Origin: Nitrospirota bacterium
GTDB lineage: Bacteria; Nitrospirota; UBA9217
Length of the DNA stretch: 64,000 nucleotides
Direction: 5' to 3'
Assembly (NCBI GenBank): GCA_029858565.1
Contig: JAOUEV010000007.1
Coordinates: 32,001 to 96,000, forward strand
Part shown: positions 1 to 9,614 of the stretch, piece by piece
Numbering within the stretch: position 1 is the first letter of the stretch
Layout: each line of letters opens with the position of its first letter
Translations under genes and position numbers: made by a program
The notes under the pieces: model-generated
The model's database searches: none
Seen by the model: the letters and a program-made list of their open reading frames with translations, nothing else
What the model was told of the DNA's origin: nothing

Positions 1-2
1 CA

Positions 3-119
3 ACGAGTGTGAGCCATACCGTCCCTTATGCGTGGAGCGTGGACTTTTACGACGGGGTCTCGCTCTATAATCTGAAATCGAGACCGTACTATGCGCGGTG
101 TGTGCGTGGCGGGCCCTGA
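3..119 (+). CDS. 3' end of a DUF1566 (Lcl C-terminal, C-type-lectin-like) protein, partial at the window edge
   Basis: Not in the ORF track. Frame 3 reads TSVSHTVPYAWSVDFYDGVSLYNLKSRPYYARCVRGGP*, the AWxVxF..G...RCVR terminus shared with the next gene. Confidence 0.8.
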   Translation, partial: TSVSHTVPYAWSVDFYDGVSLYNLKSRPYYARCVRGGP

Positions 120-197
120 TCGCGGGGGACGAAGCTCAGCGACGGGCAGTGAGATGGCAGCGGCGGCGAGCGAAGAATGGAACGGAGGCGTATCTCT

Positions 198-656
198 ATG
201 ATAAGATCGATCATGATCGGCTTGATCATCCTATGCGGCATGGCAGGACCGGCAAAGGCCGGCACGCTGGTTGATAACGGTGACGGAACGGTAACGGACA
301 CAGGAACAAATTTGATGTGGGAGCAGGCGCAGACCGTTCCGCCGGCCACATATACCTGGGAAGAGGTGATAACCCGCTGCGAGGACCTTGTCCTTCCTGC
401 AGCCGGATATGCGGACTGGCGGCTTCCCAATGTGAAAGAGCTGCTGACGATCGTGGATGACACGAGATACGATCCCGCGATCGATCCCGTGTGCTTTCCT
501 AATACGCAAAGTTACGCATTCTGGTCATCGTCAACAAACTTCCTCAGCAGCACCGGCGCGATCGCCTGGGGAGTGGAGTTCTATCACGGGAGCGCGTCAC
601 GCAATCTGAATAAGACCATGAAATTTCCCGCGCGGTGCGTCCGCGGCGGAGGGTGA
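198..656 (+). CDS. Secreted DUF1566 domain protein
   Basis: Signal peptide ending AKA; DNGDGTVTDTGTNLMWEQ, DWRLPNVKEL, FWSSS and ARCVRG motifs. Start taken at ATG 198 (track uses 177). Confidence 0.85.
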   Translation: MIRSIMIGLIILCGMAGPAKAGTLVDNGDGTVTDTGTNLMWEQAQTVPPATYTWEEVITRCEDLVLPAAGYADWRLPNVKELLTIVDDTRYDPAIDPVCFPNTQSYAFWSSSTNFLSSTGAIAWGVEFYHGSASRNLNKTMKFPARCVRGGG

Positions 657-706
657 CAAGCACCAAAGGCTCTTCACATGAAGAAGAGCTCAGTGAGCAT
701 ACTGGC

Positions 707-740
707 AGAGGGCCCGGAAGATTCCCGGGCCCTCTTTTTT
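707..740 (+). terminator. Intrinsic terminator
   Basis: AGAGGGCCCGG/CCGGGCCCTCT stem followed by a T-run. Confidence 0.8.
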
Positions 741-897
741 ATTTGAACGATCCTGTCCGGGCCGGCAGCCGTTTGCGGAGCCCCTGGCCGTACGGCGGCC
801 GTCCGACAAAGAACGCTCCGGGTATTTTTTTTCCTTTCCCGGTCCTGCAGGTGCGCAAAGTAGGCTACAATAGGGTAAGTTCAGAAAGGAAGGCAAT

Positions 898-2256
898 ATG
901 GGGTTTAACGCATTCAAGCTCGATCCCAGGATCATGACCGGTGTCAGGGCGCTCGGGTACACAACACCCACGCCCATCCAGCTCCAGGCGATCCCGCCGG
1001 TTCTCGAAGGCAAGGATGTCATGGGTCTTGCCCAGACCGGCACCGGCAAGACCGCGGCGTTCGTACTGCCGATCCTGCAGCGCCTGCTCCCCGGTCCGCG
1101 CAGCAGGGTCCGCACACTCATTATCGCGCCCACGCGGGAGCTGGCGGAGCAGATCCACGTGGCGATCGTGGCGCTCGGCCGCGACACGCGCTTCAGGAGC
1201 TGCACCATCTACGGCGGGGTGAGCCTGAACCCGCAGATCCAGAACCTGCGGCACGGCGTCGAGATCGTTGTGGCGTGCCCGGGCAGGCTGCTCGACCACA
1301 TCAACCAGAAAACGATCGACCTGTCGCATCTCGAGGTCCTGGTCCTGGACGAGGCGGACCGCATGTTCGATATGGGCTTCCTGCCGGATATCCGGAAGAT
1401 CATCAAACACCTGCCGCACAAGCGTCAGAACCTCATGTTCTCGGCAACCATGGCCGACGACATACGAAAGCTCGCGCATGAAGTGCTCCACAACCCGGTC
1501 ACGGTCCAGGTGGGCCATACGGCTCCGGCGAGCACGGTGTCCCACGCGCTCTATCCCGTGGAGCAGCACCTGAAGACCGGGCTGTTGATGGAGCTCCTGA
1601 AGCACACGGACACGGAATCGATCCTGATCTTCACGCGCACCAAGCACCGGGCCAAACGCATCGGTCAGCAGCTCGAGAAGGCGGGATATAAGGCCGCGTC
1701 GCTCCAGGGGAACCTGTCGCAGAACAAGCGGCAGGAGGCGCTTGATGGATTCCGGAGGGGCAGGTACCAGATCCTCGTGGCAACTGACATCGCGGCGCGG
1801 GGCATCGATGTGTCGAGCATATCCCACGTGATCAACTATGACATCCCGGATACCACCGATGCCTATACGCACCGGATCGGCAGGACCGGCCGTGCGGCAA
1901 AGACCGGTGACGCCTTCACCTTTGTGAGCCGCGAGGACGAGCCGCTGGTCAGGAGCATCGAGCGGGTGCTGGGCCAGAAGATCGAACGTCGGACGCTCAA
2001 GGATTTCGATTACAAAAAGTCCGTGCCAAGCCGGGACGCTGAGTTCGCCCGCCCTCCCCGCGAACCGCGGCACCACAAGCCGAGGCCGAAACCGGGCGGG
2101 GGCAGCACCCCTGGATCAACTGCCAGCCGTCCGCAGGCTCACCATGGAAAGCCGCAGGGAGGAGACGCGCCCCGCGGCACGGCGACCGGTATGCCGCGGC
2201 CCTCAAGCACGCGGAGCTTCAAGCCCCGCACGCGCAGGTCCGGGCCCGGACGCTGA
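898..2256 (+). CDS. rhlE: DEAD-box ATP-dependent RNA helicase, RhlE-like
   Basis: Q motif PTPIQ, AQTGTGKT, PTRELA, DEAD, SAT, ARGID and HRIGRTGR; basic low-complexity C-tail; AAGGAAGG RBS. Confidence 0.9.
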   Translation: MGFNAFKLDPRIMTGVRALGYTTPTPIQLQAIPPVLEGKDVMGLAQTGTGKTAAFVLPILQRLLPGPRSRVRTLIIAPTRELAEQIHVAIVALGRDTRFRSCTIYGGVSLNPQIQNLRHGVEIVVACPGRLLDHINQKTIDLSHLEVLVLDEADRMFDMGFLPDIRKIIKHLPHKRQNLMFSATMADDIRKLAHEVLHNPVTVQVGHTAPASTVSHALYPVEQHLKTGLLMELLKHTDTESILIFTRTKHRAKRIGQQLEKAGYKAASLQGNLSQNKRQEALDGFRRGRYQILVATDIAARGIDVSSISHVINYDIPDTTDAYTHRIGRTGRAAKTGDAFTFVSREDEPLVRSIERVLGQKIERRTLKDFDYKKSVPSRDAEFARPPREPRHHKPRPKPGGGSTPGSTASRPQAHHGKPQGGDAPRGTATGMPRPSSTRSFKPRTRRSGPGR

Positions 2257-2351
2257 CCCGGGTGCAGTGAAGGGCAGATCGGAGCAAGGACCTGACAAAA
2301 AGATGGCTGTCGCGCTGTTGACGTATCGATGGATCACCTCATAAAAACGCA

Positions 2352-2376
2352 AAGGCCCGGGAACATCCCGGGCCTT
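2352..2376. terminator. Probable bidirectional terminator hairpin
   Basis: AAGGCCCGGGA-ACA-TCCCGGGCCTT with an A-rich flank, between convergent genes. Confidence 0.6.
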
Positions 2377-2468
2377 ATGTCATTGGCCATGCCTTGACCT
2401 AACCTGATCCTGATCTTCAACTTGAATAGGAATGGAGATCACTGTGCTGTGATCATATACAGGTCCTG

Positions 2469-2714
2469 CTAAATTCTGCTGTGTTTCGTTTCGTCATATG
2501 AACAGAATTCGACCATCTTTACAATTTGTTCCTTATTGTAAAAATAAAGGTCCTCGCGGCCGCTCAGGATCTCGGGGCAGTTGAAAAACGTCCTGTCCTT
2601 AAAGTCCACAGATGAGGTAAAAGAATAAAAACCGAAAACAAATGCCAGTGCATAAGCGATCATGAACAACTCCTTGTCTGCGTGGTCCCCGGGTAAAGTC
2701 ATGCAAAGGCGCAT
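2469..2714 (-). CDS. Small hypothetical protein with a hydrophobic segment (AT-rich)
   Basis: ORF only, with one hydrophobic stretch MIAYALAFVFGFYSF; no recognised motif. Confidence 0.3.
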   Translation of the reverse strand: MRLCMTLPGDHADKELFMIAYALAFVFGFYSFTSSVDFKDRTFFNCPEILSGREDLYFYNKEQIVKMVEFCSYDETKHSRI

Positions 2715-2939
2715 GCTGGTAATTTATCCGGCACCGGAATTCACCCTGTTCAAATCATTGGGCCCGCTTTATATCTCGAATACCCTGATAACAGCCTGAA
2801 AACGCATGATCTTCCTGTGGTCACTCACTGCGCGGCGTCTTTATCAGACGGCCTGAAGAGCCGCGATAAGCTGCAGAAACCTGTCCAGCGATCGATAACG
2901 CACAGGAGCGCGCCTGCTTCGCCCGAGAAGCAGCACCCG

Positions 2940-3386
2940 CTATTTTGCGAGCAGTTTCCCCATGGCGCGGCCATAGTCCTGGCAGGCCCGCATTCCCTCC
3001 GAGGTGTCCACCTGGGCCTCCCGGAGCCCGAACGGGCCGAGGTTCGTCATTTCCATCTTGAACACATGTTCCATGGTATCGAAGATGAATCCCGGCGCCT
3101 CACCGCTGTGCGTACTGGACCCGAAAGCACCGCCGAGCTTTCCCGCAAGGGTGCCTTTCTGAGCCAGGAACAGGAAGGTCTTGAAATTCTCGGTCATGTC
3201 CTTGTGGTAGGTAGGGCACCCGAAAATGAACCCGTCATAACCCTCCAGATCCTTTTCGGTCTTGATGTCGGATATTTTTTTCACGTCGGCGACGGTGCCG
3301 GTGAACCGGACCCCTTCGGCAATATCCTCGGCCATCTTTTCCGTTTTCCCGGTCCTGCTGTAATAGACGATTACGATCTTCTTCAA
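2940..3386 (-). CDS. Flavodoxin-like protein
   Basis: YYSRTGKTEKMA FMN loop, FGCPTY and GGAFGS; TTG start at 3386 after a GGAGGGAG RBS. Confidence 0.85.
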   Translation of the reverse strand: MKKIVIVYYSRTGKTEKMAEDIAEGVRFTGTVADVKKISDIKTEKDLEGYDGFIFGCPTYHKDMTENFKTFLFLAQKGTLAGKLGGAFGSSTHSGEAPGFIFDTMEHVFKMEMTNLGPFGLREAQVDTSEGMRACQDYGRAMGKLLAK

Positions 3387-3420
3387 AGTTCGACTCCCTC
3401 CTGCGACATATCCGGGCCGC

Positions 3421-3798
3421 TCACGCCTGCTGGATAGTGATCTCCTTGGTCGCTTCCCAGGCGCCGTGGAGATTGCACCGTTCAATAACTCGAAGCGTTC
3501 CCTTTGGATGTTTCGCCTGCTTTACCAGGGTGACCACGACCGCAGGTTTTGATACTTTCGGCGAGAGCTCGATCCGGGAGTAGAGACTTTCCCCGAACTT
3601 CACCTCGATCCACTGTACAAAGTGACCCTCTTCCATGACATGAGGAATGCTCCCGACGTTGATCCTGACCTCAAAAGGTTCTCCCGATCTCACCGAGTCA
3701 GGACAGTCAATGACCGGCAGATGCTTCTTTTCAAGGTCCGTCATGGCAGTCAGGTCCTTGGGTCTATTGTTGCCGCAGAACAATCCTTTTTCAGGCAT
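3421..3798 (-). CDS. Superoxide reductase-like protein (neelaredoxin/class II SOR domain)
   Basis: EKKH, PHVMEEGHF and CNLHG iron-ligand motifs. Confidence 0.85.
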   Translation of the reverse strand: MPEKGLFCGNNRPKDLTAMTDLEKKHLPVIDCPDSVRSGEPFEVRINVGSIPHVMEEGHFVQWIEVKFGESLYSRIELSPKVSKPAVVVTLVKQAKHPKGTLRVIERCNLHGAWEATKEITIQQA

Positions 3799-3966
3799 TC
3801 CCTTGCTCCCTTTTCCCGGCTGGCCGTAAAGCTCAACTTGCCTTCGTCGACCAGGGACATAAAAATTGCAGTGGTCAATAAATGAGAGAAAGCCCGGCAA
3901 ATATCCGGGCCATCTCTGCGGTTCGATCTCAACGTCATCTCTCCTGGAAAGAGAGGCAATTCGCTC

Positions 3967-4476
3967 TCAGGCCGCCTTTTGCTTCGCGATCGGCGGCGGG
4001 GCCATTTCCTTGTAATTCGGTATGCTCACGGACTCGAGCAGGCGCTGAGTAGCCGCGGGGTCCAGGCCGTCCTGGACCTTGACATTCGAATCACAGGCTG
4101 TCAGGATCGTCTGGACAAGGTCTCTCGCGCTGAAGGCGAGGATCTCCTTGATCACCTCTGGAGAGGCGTCCTCGATCAGGAGGGAGCTTTCCTGGTACCA
4201 TCCGTCGCCATGGCCGGATGCCGCGGGTATGCCTGCGTCACTGGTCGCGATCCCCCGCTGGAGAGCGAAGAAGGAAACATCGGCGCGCAGCTGCTGCAGC
4301 CCCTTGAACGCGGCATTGGAGCAGATGCCGGTCCTGCCCCAGATGATAGGATTGAACTTGGGCAGGCTGACCCCGCTTGAAAAGATATAACTTCCCGGAC
4401 GGTTCTCGGATTCCTGGATATCGATCGAAAAGAAATCATTCCTGTATTCCAATGAACTGACGGCTGCTGTCTGCAT
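3967..4476 (-). CDS. Hypothetical protein
   Basis: 169-aa ORF with a strong AAGGAGGT RBS and upstream promoter; family not recognised. Confidence 0.7.
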   Translation of the reverse strand: MQTAAVSSLEYRNDFFSIDIQESENRPGSYIFSSGVSLPKFNPIIWGRTGICSNAAFKGLQQLRADVSFFALQRGIATSDAGIPAASGHGDGWYQESSLLIEDASPEVIKEILAFSARDLVQTILTACDSNVKVQDGLDPAATQRLLESVSIPNYKEMAPPPIAKQKAA

Positions 4477-4598
4477 GGCAATTACCTCCTTGGGTGCGGT
4501 TATGTGTATCCCTTTGCTGAAGCCTGCGGGGAACCGCAGGACTGGTCCATGGTCGCTATCCTATCCAAAACAAAACCAATCCTATCCTGTTTAAAAGG

Positions 4599-4627
4599 AG
4601 TATACAGCAACTTCCTGCCGGGCGCAA
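4599..4627 (-). promoter_or_regulatory. Sigma70-type promoter
   Basis: TTGCGC-N17-TATACT on the minus strand. Confidence 0.55.
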
Positions 4628-5175
4628 GTAAAAAAGAGTGATTCTAACCTGTATTTCTGACTTTATATCTCCTGATAATGGCGGCAGGACGCAAAAGCCG
4701 GAACCGCGGGGGAGCTGTTGTATCTCCGGCTGCCGACCTCGAAGGCGATCAGCGCCGGTCGATCGTGACGGCGGGAATGTATGGGGTGGAAAAGATCGTC
4801 TTCTCCCGCACGTTGCGCACGCATGTTGGAACAACACACGGCTGGGGGAGGACGATGTTCAAATGCCTGCAGAACAGGCTTGCATCAAGGCTCATGGAGA
4901 CCCGACGATTCGGCATGGGGACATACTGCTGAAGTATCTGCCGGCGCGGTGAGGGAGACCGGAATCCCTCATGAGGCCACGACCGCTGAAAGTACCGTAT
5001 CAATACGATCACGTCAGATACTATGATCTTGCTCCGGGTCTTCTATTCTTCTGGCGCGGAACAGTGATATCTGCTATTCTGTATGCGAAAAGACCTGCAG
5101 CCGGAGCCGTGAGCCCCGAGGGGAAGCCGCAGTATCCAGATACCGTGACCAGAAGGGAGTGTTTTGGAAAACAGC

Positions 5176-5997
5176 ATGAACGACGCTCTTACGAGGATAA
5201 TTACTGATCTGCTCGCAATAACCATGGACGGCAAAGATGCGTCCCTCCAGGCACAGCATCTCGGCGATGCGGTACGCAGGATCATTCAACGGGATGATAC
5301 CCTGTACGGAAAGTTCCGCGGCATCCTTGACTCCTTTCGGGCGATCATTCCTGATGAGCAGCAGCGCTATCTTGCGGCTATCCAGGCGTTATCAACGACC
5401 GCGAAGCTCAACCGGGATGAGATTACCGCGGCGATCAACCGCCAGGTTGATGAGCTGAAACTGATCGAGCAGGGATTGACGCCCTTTCTCGTCAGCTGGC
5501 GCGACACGCTCAAGGCCATGGAGGCGAGGCAGCAGGCCATCAAGGCCGAGCTTGCGCAGCTCCGTGACCGGATAACGCAGCTTGAGAATGAGGACCGGTC
5601 CCTTGTGGTCATGAAGTTGGCGAGGGAACAGAACCTGGCGCTGGCGGAGAAAAAGATCAGCGGCATTTTTGCAAGCATCGGCGCGGAGCTACAGGGGGTT
5701 AGCAGGAAAATGGCGGAATTGCCCGGCGATGTACCGGCGCCGCCGGCAGCTGTTCAGCCGGTCCCGCCAACCGCACCGCCTGTCGTCCAGACAGCTCCGG
5801 CGAAGAGCGCTGCTCCCGCCGAACCGGTGGGCGGCGTGCAGGAAAAATCAGGGATCACGTTGCCTCCTGCGCCGGTGGATTCGAAATTCCAGAAAAAATG
5901 CCCCATGTGCGGGGGGCAGTTCAATCTGCTTGAACTGCAGAACCTGTGGCAGTGCTTTACCTGCGGCCATGAGGAGTCGGCGGCAGGTACTGTCTGA
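5176..5997 (+). CDS. Coiled-coil protein with Pro-rich linker and C-terminal zinc ribbon; probably frameshifted, continuing to 6199
   Basis: Helical/coiled-coil body and CPMC...CFTC; a second similar ribbon lies downstream in the +1 frame. Confidence 0.7.
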   Translation: MNDALTRIITDLLAITMDGKDASLQAQHLGDAVRRIIQRDDTLYGKFRGILDSFRAIIPDEQQRYLAAIQALSTTAKLNRDEITAAINRQVDELKLIEQGLTPFLVSWRDTLKAMEARQQAIKAELAQLRDRITQLENEDRSLVVMKLAREQNLALAEKKISGIFASIGAELQGVSRKMAELPGDVPAPPAAVQPVPPTAPPVVQTAPAKSAAPAEPVGGVQEKSGITLPPAPVDSKFQKKCPMCGGQFNLLELQNLWQCFTCGHEESAAGTV

Positions 5998-6199
5998 CCT
6001 GCCGTCGCCCTCTATTGAACCGCTGGCGTCGATGGTAGGCACCTCGGGGCAGACCGCAGGGGACAGATCGCACGACGAACACCAGCCTGCCGTTAAGAAA
6101 AAGACCTGCCCCGGATGCCGCAAGAAGATGTACTGGTATCCTGACGAGAAGGCTTGGCGGTGTCCGGACTGCCACTATGAGCGAAGAGATCTGAAATAG
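5998..6199 (+). pseudogene. Out-of-frame second zinc-ribbon segment, or a small gene from ATG 6032
   Basis: KKKTCPGCRKKMYWYPDEKAWRCPDCHYERR mirrors the upstream KKCPMCGGQFNLLELQNLWQCFTCGHEE. Confidence 0.55.
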
Positions 6200-6364
6200 T
6201 CGTCACCTGAGCCCTGGAATATGTCCGTAGTGTTCCGCCGGGCCGTCCGGATCAGCAGATGCTGCAGCCCGTCAGGGATCGCCGGAGGGCGGCCGAGTGA
6301 GATCCGCCAGCGTCTCCTTTGGTTGCCTGCAGCTGCTGCGTGGCAGCGTTCAGTGCGTTCACGT

Positions 6365-6399
6365 AAAAAATGCCGGAGCTGATGACCTCTCCGGCATTT
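6365..6399 (-). terminator. Intrinsic terminator
   Basis: AAATGCCGGAG...CTCCGGCATTT stem plus a T-run on the minus strand. Confidence 0.75.
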
Positions 6400-6442
6400 C
6401 CTGTCTTCGGGAGCTTCTTTGCTGATACGCAATGGCGTCGTA

Positions 6443-7198
6443 TCAATCCTGCGCTAGCCCGTGCATCATTTCCCTGTTAATGAAGTCTTTTATGAACTCC
6501 CGCTCCGCATCGCCGATATTCTGGAATTTCACGCCCATGCCCGGCCGTTTGCTGCGGCCTGATCCCAGATGCATATGAAGGACCTGTCCCCGGATGCGCA
6601 CAACCCAACCCGGCGCGTTGGGCAGGTGGAACGCGAAAGTGTGGATGCTCCCGTAGGGAAGGGGGGCGGTGGTGCTCACGAACATGCCGTCCTCGGAGAG
6701 GTCGGAGATGAAGTCGAGCCGCTCCTCGTCCGTGTCCTCGATGACCACTTCAAGCCGTGTGGAGAGGCGGACGAACTTTCGGGGTCGGTTTCCTGCCGCG
6801 TTCTGGACCGCGGCATAGAGTTCGTCAAGGCTGCAGGGATTTCGCAGGAAACCGGCGCATCCGAATTCCTTGCAGGATTGTTCTACCCCGGGATCCCTGT
6901 TGGACGTATAGATGATGACCGGAACGCTGTTGGTGCGCTCCTCCTGCTTGATATATTGAAGCAGCACCAGTCCGTTCATACCGGGCAGGTCGTAATTGGT
7001 GATCACCGCCAGCGGAACGGTCAGCTCAAGGAAGAGCATGGCGTCCTCGGCCGTCCGCGCCATGATCACGTCGTAGTCCATCCGCTGCAGGTGAATGCTG
7101 GTGTAGAACTGACGCTTGACCTTGTTGTCTATGACCAGCAGGACCTTCCTCGGACCCTGGCCGTCCTTCTGCTCCCCGTTTGCTTCCGATCCGTTCAT
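6443..7198 (-). CDS. Atypical receiver (REC) plus PilZ domain protein
   Basis: REC-fold N-terminus; PilZ motifs RKFVR (RxxxR) and DLSEDG (DxSxxG), plus GMGVKF. Confidence 0.85.
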   Translation of the reverse strand: MNGSEANGEQKDGQGPRKVLLVIDNKVKRQFYTSIHLQRMDYDVIMARTAEDAMLFLELTVPLAVITNYDLPGMNGLVLLQYIKQEERTNSVPVIIYTSNRDPGVEQSCKEFGCAGFLRNPCSLDELYAAVQNAAGNRPRKFVRLSTRLEVVIEDTDEERLDFISDLSEDGMFVSTTAPLPYGSIHTFAFHLPNAPGWVVRIRGQVLHMHLGSGRSKRPGMGVKFQNIGDAEREFIKDFINREMMHGLAQD

Positions 7199-7531
7199 GA
7201 CCGCTCCCTGTCTCCTGCTTAACCGTTTTCAGCCTGCTCGCAGCTGCCCAGCAGACTACAACGCTTTGCCTGGATTTGCAAGGATTGCGACGGGGTAAAT
7301 TAGGGTAGTGAAAGAGTCCTGCGCCGGTAGTCTTGGTATTCAGAAGCAGCCTGCTCACCAAGTCTGGAGTGGTGGTCACGGAAGGAAGTCTGTTGGATAC
7401 TGGTGATCACTTAAGATGGTCAGTCTGTCGATGGTGGGAGTTCAATATGAGCCGGGATATCTGCGCGATTCCTGCGTTGTTTATGCCCTTTACATTTTGA
7501 ATAATAGGCAGAACTGTCGTGAAAGATCCAC

Positions 7532-7957
7532 CTAGTTCCTTGTCGCCATTGGCCTGATAGTGTTGCAAATCGCGATGGCGTCGTTGAAGGTCTTGAGCAT
7601 AGGACCTACCATGTCCTTTTGGAACCGAAGGGTAAGCTGCTCAAAGGACTCCGGTGCATTGCCATTGATCGAACGTGTCATGTTCGTGTTCTTCACTACG
7701 ACGGCGTCCTCAGCGTCCGAAGGTGAGACTATAGTGCCTTGCAGGGGCAGATCAAAGGCTGCGTTCATTTTTTCAAAATGTATATGCAGGCGGCATGCAT
7801 CGGCCCGTGCCTCGACATTTGATTTGCGACAGATGATCTTTGATGATACCTCTTTCGCCAGGATGTCTGCAGCCGATGCCGGATTCTTTTTTTCTCCATA
7901 GGCAGTTGAGGCGGTGACGAGGACAATCAGTAATCCGATGAACGTCGCATGTCGCAT
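7532..7957 (-). CDS. Secreted hypothetical protein
   Basis: Signal peptide MRHATFIGLLIVLVTASTAYG; AGGAG RBS. Confidence 0.65.
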   Translation of the reverse strand: MRHATFIGLLIVLVTASTAYGEKKNPASAADILAKEVSSKIICRKSNVEARADACRLHIHFEKMNAAFDLPLQGTIVSPSDAEDAVVVKNTNMTRSINGNAPESFEQLTLRFQKDMVGPMLKTFNDAIAICNTIRPMATRN

Positions 7958-8256
7958 AGCAAGCTCCTGCATAAATAACTTTCTCCCTGCTTCAAAAGTA
8001 CACGTGCTTATGAACAGCAAGCGCTGATGGGTATGTTGAGAGTTTATCCAATAATCAAAATAAATGCATAGCCTGTCCGGGGTATTTTAAGGGTATTGCA
8101 AAAAAAAGCAGAAATCACGGGGCCGAACGAATATGGCCTCGATATTAACAGGTAATATGCCGGGATAGTATCGTTATCCATAATATGAAATTGAGTGGTC
8201 AACTTGAGGATATCTCAATTTGTCCAAAGTGACGATACTTCCCTGGTGAGGTACCC

Positions 8257-8531
8257 ATGAAGCTGCTGAAAGGGCTTCTCGATGATCATATGGCGATTGC
8301 CGGCATGCTGGAAAAGGTCGTAGAGCCGGGCACCGTCACCGACGAAGCGCTTGCTGCTTTTCGGTTGGTCAGGGCGCTGATGCTCTCTCACCTGAAGAAG
8401 GAGAATGAAGAGTTTTACCCCGTCCTCAGGAAGGCGGCCGGGACCTTGAGGCCATCTACGCCATGGCATTCCGGTTCTTTGACACATATTCTACGGGAGG
8501 GAACAGAAAGGAATTCGGTCAGAAGTCGTAA
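8257..8531 (+). pseudogene. Hemerythrin-like (HHE) protein with an internal deletion/frameshift near 8441 and a truncated 3' end
   Basis: DDH and HLKKENEEFYPVL motifs; continuation DLEAIYAMAFRFFDTYS resumes in another frame at 8442. Confidence 0.65.
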
Positions 8532-9312
8532 TCCAGGGCGATCGTGGTGAACATGCCGGTCAGGCGGTCCTGATGGTACTGGTACGGGATGTTCTCGTGG
8601 CGAGAGGTTGCGAAAAAGTCCGCACTCAGTTTCACTTTGATCTTGTCGCTGTCAAAGCGGCCCAGAAAGCTCCTTCTCGGTCTGATAATGGCCATTGCCC
8701 CGATAGTATTGGAATGGAACGCGTACATGCGGTAGTCCACGGCGACCAGGGGATCGGTCTGCGCATCGGCCGCGAGTTCCTTTGAGAAATAGGCCTTTCC
8801 CTGTTGGTAGTAGCGGTAGCGGCATCCCAGGACCAGGGATTGCGAAATGTCGCGGTAGAGCTCGATGTTCGTCGTATCAGACTGGATGTGCCAATCGTCA
8901 CGGTAATAGCGGTAATGGATATGGAGACTCGTGGGCTCGCTCAGGAGCGTGATGAAACGGACCGCGTACGCGTTCCCATGGACCGTTCACTGCGGCGGTC
9001 CGTGGGCAGCCGGCGGCCGGCACTGGGTGTCCACCGGTCAAAGGATTTGCTGAATCCGATCCCCAGGGCGGTATTGTTCAAGTTCAGGCGCCGTGTATAG
9101 TTCTCGAACAGGGACCTGCCGGTATAGGTGTCCTCGTAGGAATAATAGCCTCCCGCGGTGAGGGTATCATCGTTTTTGTCATAGGTGAGCGACAGGGACA
9201 GGGGGACGCGGATGCTTATGTTGCCGCCTTCTGATTCATCCTCCTTTCCTGAGGGGGGCGGAGCTGGCACCGGCTGCTGGGCCGTCTTGGTGGCTGAGGT
9301 GATCGCGTCCAC
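8519..9312 (-). pseudogene. DUF3570-family outer-membrane barrel remnant, 5'-truncated with an internal deletion
   Basis: VDAITSAT, SYEDTY..NNTALGIGFSKSFD, then in another frame YRYYRDDWHIQS and RYRYYQQGKAYF; C-terminal ...LDYDF*. Confidence 0.7.
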
Positions 9313-9605
9313 TCAATGAGGTAGGACGTAGGCATACTGCGCTGGCGGTAGTCCCGTGGCACGGTCTTGTCCTTGTCATAGAGCATGATGAAGCCCGGCC
9401 GTTTCTTTGTCCTCAACTCGAACCGTTTCACGAAATCAATTGCCGCAGCAGGGGAGTTGTCGATATTCACGGCCGCAAGCGCGAACCCCCGGGACCCGAA
9501 TTGTTCCTGGACCGAGACCAGGTCCTCCATCTCAACTTCCTCGTGCAGGGACCCGGGTCCGGTCATGGGGTCATCCTGTATTGCGTTCGCGGGAATCGGC
9601 AGCAC
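9313..9605 (-). pseudogene. TlpA/redoxin-family thiol-disulfide oxidoreductase fragment
   Basis: EMEDL..QEQFGSRGFALAAVNID...LYDKDK...MPTSYLI; CxxC is destroyed (GPC remnant out of frame); fused directly to the DUF3570 piece. Confidence 0.65.
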
Positions 9606-9614
9606 GCCTTTGAT

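Noticed and set aside
707-2376. Similar GGCCCGG hairpins flanking rhlE as ends of a mobile element
   Set aside because: Related hairpins also occur near 3891 and 63866 at gene ends; they are better explained as terminators, and no target duplication or transposase is present.
4680-4720. GGACGCAAAAGCC resembling part of a c-di-GMP-I riboswitch
   Set aside because: The upstream GGCAAAC/GAAA P1-P2 elements are missing.
8198-8212. FNR-like palindrome TTGAG-N5-CTCAA before the hemerythrin remnant
   Set aside because: Spacing is one base longer than the FNR consensus and the downstream gene is a pseudogene.
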